Shown here: positions 59,445 through 64,000 of the stretch, piece after piece
Position numbering within the stretch: position 1 is the first letter of the stretch
Layout: the number at the start of each line of letters is the position of its first letter
DNA from: a virus
DNA: 64,000 nt
Strand: one strand, 5' to 3'
Virus record (IMG/VR): IMGVR_UViG_3300047494_000112
Span: 64,001-128,000 of that record
The notes under the pieces: model-generated
The model's database searches: none
Seen by the model: only the letters and a program-made list of their open reading frames with translations
Told to the model about the DNA's origin: nothing
Made by a program: the position numbers and the translations under genes

Positions 59445-59540
59445 GACGAAGATGCTGATGAAGATGATGACGATTCCGACGAAGATGCTGATGAAGATGA
59501 TGACGATTCCGACGAAGATTCGGATGAGGACGATGATGAC
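59445..59540 (+). repeat. 33-bp coding tandem repeat (DEDADEDDDDS), two full copies plus a degenerate third
   Basis: GACGAAGATGCTGATGAAGATGATGACGATTCC at 59445 and 59478; partial copy at 59511. Confidence 0.9.
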
Positions 59541-59589
59541 TAGTTCCCGTGAAAAAGGCGAGTCAATCGATAGTTGAATAGCTAGACAT

Positions 59590-59615
59590 TGTAGGGAGGC
59601 AATTGCCTCCCTACA
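59590..59615. terminator. perfect 26-bp palindrome
   Basis: TGTAGGGAGGCAATTGCCTCCCTACA, intergenic. Confidence 0.6.
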
Positions 59616-60100
59616 CCTTATTATGGAGAGAAAATGTATGACCTACTACATTCAACGTAAAGCACCGCGCTTGAACGAAATTTGGGAGGCGTTTACTCGC
59701 GACGAAATAAGGGACCTTGAGGTAGAATTTCAACCTTGCTATGACCCACCCAAGAACCGCAAGGGCGACAAAATGGATGTAATGTTTCTTTTCGGTGATA
59801 GTGTAACAGTGGTTGAGACCACCAATGACGAGAAAAGATTTTGGGTTACGTCAAACAGCTTAGATCCATTTGGTACTGTAGCGCCGGTTGCTGATATAAT
59901 TGCCAACACAAAGGGCGTAGATGACATGATGGATGCGCTGAGACCAAAAGGATCGTACAAGCATCTAGGCAAATATTGCGCTACCTGGGAAGAAATATGG
60001 GCTGCTGCTTGCTATATTGAGAATGAGCCGCCAGAGAAATGGCCGACTGATGATGAACACCCTCGTGTTCCGTATGCTTTGCGTGATATAGAGCCGGACG

Positions 60101-62877
60101 ATGATGACGATACCGGCTCTGATATGGATGATGACGATGAGTAAAGCTCTAGAAATACCTGATAAGACTTGCACTATCCGAAAGCTTGAGCATGACATGT
60201 GGCGCGGTGAATTTTCGCCTGGATTGCCGTATGATCCAATGACAAAAGGCTGCAAACACAATGCAGCCGACATTGAGATAATTGAGATACAGAGTCCTAC
60301 AACGCATCAGGCCAATGTTTATTTGTCCATTCATGAGGTCGGCAAGCACGGCTTACGGTACATGCACTACCTATTTCACTTGATGGGTACGCGTGATACT
60401 GCTTTGACCGCCAAGCGCCTAACTAGCTTACTGAAAACCCACTTGGGCTACACTGTGATTGATCATGATAAAAAAGTAGCGTTAAACGCTTTGAAAAAAC
60501 TCACCGAAGAAGAGATACGCGCATTGCGTATCAGCGGCGTATAAAGTAAACCTGACCGAAAAACAAGGAGCCATCAAATGCAGGTATTTAAAGATCTAGA
60601 AACTCTGGTTGCACTAGTACCTGAAGAAAAGGCAATGGCTATTAGCTTCAAAATTCTTCAAGAGGAGCTTAATCGAAGTGTAGATTCAGTGGTTGAAGAG
60701 CTTCGATCCAAAGGATTCTTTTTAGCTGAAGACAATGTCTCGCTATTGATTGCACGCTCTGAGAATATAATTGATGCTGCCTGTAATGGTGCGGAAATTT
60801 TGGAATTGAATGAAATTGCTCTAGAATCTCCAAGATATTTGTCCTAATACCAGGAGAATGAAAATGGCTACTCCGATAAAAGATAGGATTGAGATAGCAG
60901 CTGTACTAGGTATTTCTATTGGAACATATGTAAACTATGATAATTTTGATGACGGAGACGAAGAAGCAGAAGGTAGCTGTGAAAACGGAGAACAAATTTT
61001 TGTAGGCTTTGAGCCCAATAAAACATTCAAAATGTACCTACCTGATAACTGGTTAGAAAATATTTCAAAGTGGAAGAAACAAAAGATTAATCAAATAGAA
61101 CCTGCTTGGTTTTTGAAGCTTTTCCACGAGACGGGCTCAATTAAGCTAATCAATTACGAGACAGGCATAGATGAAGACACCTTCGAGGAAGAAATTGATG
61201 GTGAACAGCTACAATGGCTAGATATTTTGATGCACTTGGTAAGTGCTGATGAAGATATGAATGAGGAAGGCGAGGAATGAAACTCAAATTGGTTCTGACT
61301 TGCGGGGCTTGCCCTGAGCAGTATGATGTCTTTGATCCAGATAATACAAGAATTGGATACTTGCGTCTAAGGCATGGGCATTTTAGTGCAGAATATCTTG
61401 GTGATACACATGTTGCTGATGACGAAGGATGGCTAGGTGAGATAGTGTATGAAGCAAGACCAAAAGGTGACGGCATATTTGATTCTGAAGAACGTGATTA
61501 TTATCTGCGCTGGGCTGTATACAAGCTGCTAGAAAGAATTAAAAAAGGTGAACCTTTTTCAAAAGAAAAGCCTAAAGCTCCTGATGTAGAATATGAAATT
61601 GAAGGTGACGCAGAAGAATGGGGTGGCTGGGGAAATTACTTGCAGGATAAAGGCGACGATGATAATGTCTAATCTATATAAACCGTCGCAAGAAGAAATT
61701 ATGAATATAGCATTGGATATCACTGCTCCTAATCACAGCGTTCAGATTGAGATTCGTGAGGATGGGCAAGTGATATGGGTGAACATAGATGGTGTTTGTG
61801 CCTTAAGAGTTTGCCGTATCCCTAAGCTGGAATTAAATGACAGTAGAAAACGTATCTTAGATACGCATGTTACGCACTTGTCAGGTGGTGAACTTAGGTA
61901 GGAAAAATCAATGACTGAATATAGATGGAAAAACGGCGGGCTATGCTTTAAATCAAGTTTGCCAAACGCAAAATGGCGCCCATGCTCTTTGGGACAAACT
62001 ATTTTTTATCTAAAAGGCAAGATTCGTAGCACTGCAAGAAAATTGGCTACCAATCATGATGTTTCAGCAATAGACTTGCTAGAGTTAATAGGTGAGCATG
62101 ATGCCTCAGCTTGAGTGGACAGTAAAACCGTTTGTATCTCGTTTTCATTGGATTTGGCATAATTGGGAACGCTGGCAAGATCAAGGCGACGAGACTCAGC
62201 GTAGAGAGTGCCTAGTTTGTGGTAAATTACAGGTTCGATCTACTTCACTATGTCAGCATACTTGGTTGGATAGAGGAATTACAAGAGTAATACATTTTGT
62301 TGACGAAAAACCGACAAAGGAACTGGGTATCAAATATGAATATGGCTGTATGAGATGTGCCAGGCACAAAACTGTCTTTAGTCCTCACGATATTAATCAG
62401 CGTACAAAAGTCACAATTACTTAGGAGATTGAGATGATCGATCTACGCCACGTTCAAGGTGACGCTCAAAGAGCAATCAAGTTGTATTGCACTATCTGTC
62501 AAAAAAACGAAGCTGTAATGTTCCTTGAACAAGTATACCGTAATCTGTGCGACAGGCTAAACCTGGATCCTGCTGTAGATCTTACAACCGCATACGTTGA
62601 TAGCGCGCTGTATCAGCGATTAATTATCTCAGAAACAATTATCATACTTTTGTCTTTAGATGAGATTCATTTGAATCTGGTAAATTCTGATTTGCAAGAA
62701 GCTTGCGATACTCTAATCGCACTTGAAGAACCTGAACAGGTGGGGTTTGAACAGTCTCTTGAGGAAGAAGATGATAGCAATAGGCGCATCATTGAATCCA
62801 ATGACGTTTTTGATGTTGAAGAAGTCGGTAGCGATTTCGATAATGTTTTCCTGGAAGATCCCTATGACGATGAATAG
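60101..62877 (+). other. run of short hypothetical phage ORFs
   Basis: ORF track entries at 60101, 60578, 60858, 61277, 61593, 61911, 62092 and 62434, several with GGAG SDs. Confidence 0.65.
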
Positions 62878-63047
62878 AAATTGCAGGCTATCCAGTGATA
62901 GCGCAACACTTACACAGCCTCATTATCTTGAGGCTGGGTAAGACTGGTAAATCACACCAGTCTAGTAGACGCGGACACGCTAGGCGCAATTGCGTGAGCT
63001 GTACGGCAAGGACATTGCGCGTATTTTAACACCGTAAAGGGTAAAAA

Positions 63048-63620
63048 ATGGCTTCTATCAAGAAAATGAAGAGTGAAATTGCTGCAAAGTTGGATGAGCT
63101 TTCGGACGAGCTTGTAACTGCTCACCATACTTTGATTATGGCAGCCGGAACCGATGACGATGATACTTCATCCGATGACGATGACGATGACGATGTTGTA
63201 TCTGACGATGACGATGACGATGATGACTCTTCGTCTGATGATGACGATGATAGCAACGATGACGATGACGATGATACTTCATCTGATGACGATGACGATG
63301 ATACTTCATCTGATGACGATGACGATGACGATGATGACTCTTCGTCTGATGATGACGATGATGACGATGATAGCACTGATGACGATGACGATGATAGCAC
63401 CGATGACGATGACGATGATGAACCCGCGCCGAAGCGTACCAAAAAAGTAAAGCCGGGAAAAAAGGCAGCTAAACCTGCCAAAAAAGTCAAGAAACCCGCA
63501 AAGGTGAAAAAGCCTGCAGCAAAGGTAAAAGCTGCCAAAGGTAAGGCAGTAAAGAAGACAGCTAAAGCTAAGCCTGGACCTAAGGCTGGCAAAAAGAAGA
63601 CCACCAAAAAGACACGTTAA
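63048..63620 (+). CDS. bipolar low-complexity protein: poly-Asp tract followed by histone-H1-like Lys/Ala/Pro tail
   Basis: About 90-residue D/S tract, then KPGKKAAKPAKKVKKPAKVKKPAAKVKAAK... Confidence 0.8.
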   Translation: MASIKKMKSEIAAKLDELSDELVTAHHTLIMAAGTDDDDTSSDDDDDDDVVSDDDDDDDDSSSDDDDDSNDDDDDDTSSDDDDDDTSSDDDDDDDDDSSSDDDDDDDDSTDDDDDDSTDDDDDDEPAPKRTKKVKPGKKAAKPAKKVKKPAKVKKPAAKVKAAKGKAVKKTAKAKPGPKAGKKKTTKKTR

Positions 63621-63626
63621 TCAGGT

Positions 63627-63657
63627 AATGGGGGTGTAACAGCCCCCATTTTCTGTT
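63627..63657 (+). terminator. intrinsic terminator
   Basis: AATGGGGG-TGTAACAG-CCCCCATT followed by TTCTGTT. Confidence 0.75.
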
Positions 63658-63670
63658 TAGGAAAAAATTA

Positions 63671-64000
63671 ATGGCAACAGAATATCACGTTGCTGTTAAC
63701 AGCAACGGAATTAGACATTTGATAGGAGAAATTATCTCCACAAATGAAAACGGCATTGTGTTCCAATTCAAACAACCTCGTTCTTCTAAGAGGTTAAGAG
63801 TAACGGTTCCTTCTTATGCAATTATCTTGATCAAAGAAAATGGCATCAAGAGTGAGTTAATTTTTCAGTCTCCTAGCTATGAAGTGGTAAGATTTACCGG
63901 AGTAACAAACGTAAGACAATCAAAAATTGTAGGACTCTCTGTAGGTGAAGCTAAAAAGGGAGAAACACTGCATTTTTCTTCCGACCGAGCTTTTGTTGCT
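63671..64000 (+). CDS. hypothetical protein running off the right edge
   Basis: ATG at 63671 after AGGA; open to the window end (MATEYHVAVNSNGIRHLIGE...). Confidence 0.6.
   Translation, partial: MATEYHVAVNSNGIRHLIGEIISTNENGIVFQFKQPRSSKRLRVTVPSYAIILIKENGIKSELIFQSPSYEVVRFTGVTNVRQSKIVGLSVGEAKKGETLHFSSDRAFVA

Larger units (their letters stand above)
58712..60144 (+). other. three proteins ending in poly-Asp tails (58712-58942, 59013-59543, 59623-60144)
   Basis: ORF track; true starts may be downstream of the listed ones. Confidence 0.7.

Noticed and set aside
1-64000. Stop-codon reassignment
   Set aside because: Conserved genes are full length in code 11, and TAA, TAG and TGA all end genes; no suppressor tRNA seen.

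Overview
AT-rich, densely coding segment of a large (probably jumbo) lytic bacteriophage genome. It has no structural or packaging genes; the phage call is inferred from gene content and the runs of short orphan ORFs. Genes at 1-11.2 kb run on the minus strand and those at 11.3-64 kb on the plus strand. The switch carries an inverted CTGGTAAAG pair, and a 56-bp tandem repeat lies about 1.2 kb downstream. Content: (1) replication/recombination genes (SbcC/Rad50/gp46-like, DnaX-like clamp loader, gp32-like SSB, RecA/UvsX, Cas4-like nuclease, sigma-70-like); (2) nucleotide metabolism (nrdA, nrdB, dcd, MazG-like); (3) a 7-deazaguanine locus (QueD-like, folE, TGT/DpdA) in the same run as two GT-B glycosyltransferases, a PAPS-reductase-like protein and a PIG-L deacetylase, plus a second, distant queD; (4) a glycan/polyamine block with two pyruvoyl decarboxylases; (5) RNA repair and signal-erasing enzymes (RtcB, RlaP-type nucleotidyltransferase, metallophosphoesterase, Mesh1-like HD, macro domain); (6) Dps and tRNA-Ser/tRNA-Asn; (7) a complete host-like prkA-yeaH-spoVR triad; (8) several poly-Asp proteins. 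The most striking unannotated signal is at 24.24-24.66 kb: a structured non-coding region holding a circularly permuted tRNA-like domain (T arm, then acceptor 3' strand with CCA, a 9-nt linker, acceptor 5' strand, D arm), followed by a degenerate tRNA-Thr. All family assignments come from motif recognition by eye; no searches were run.
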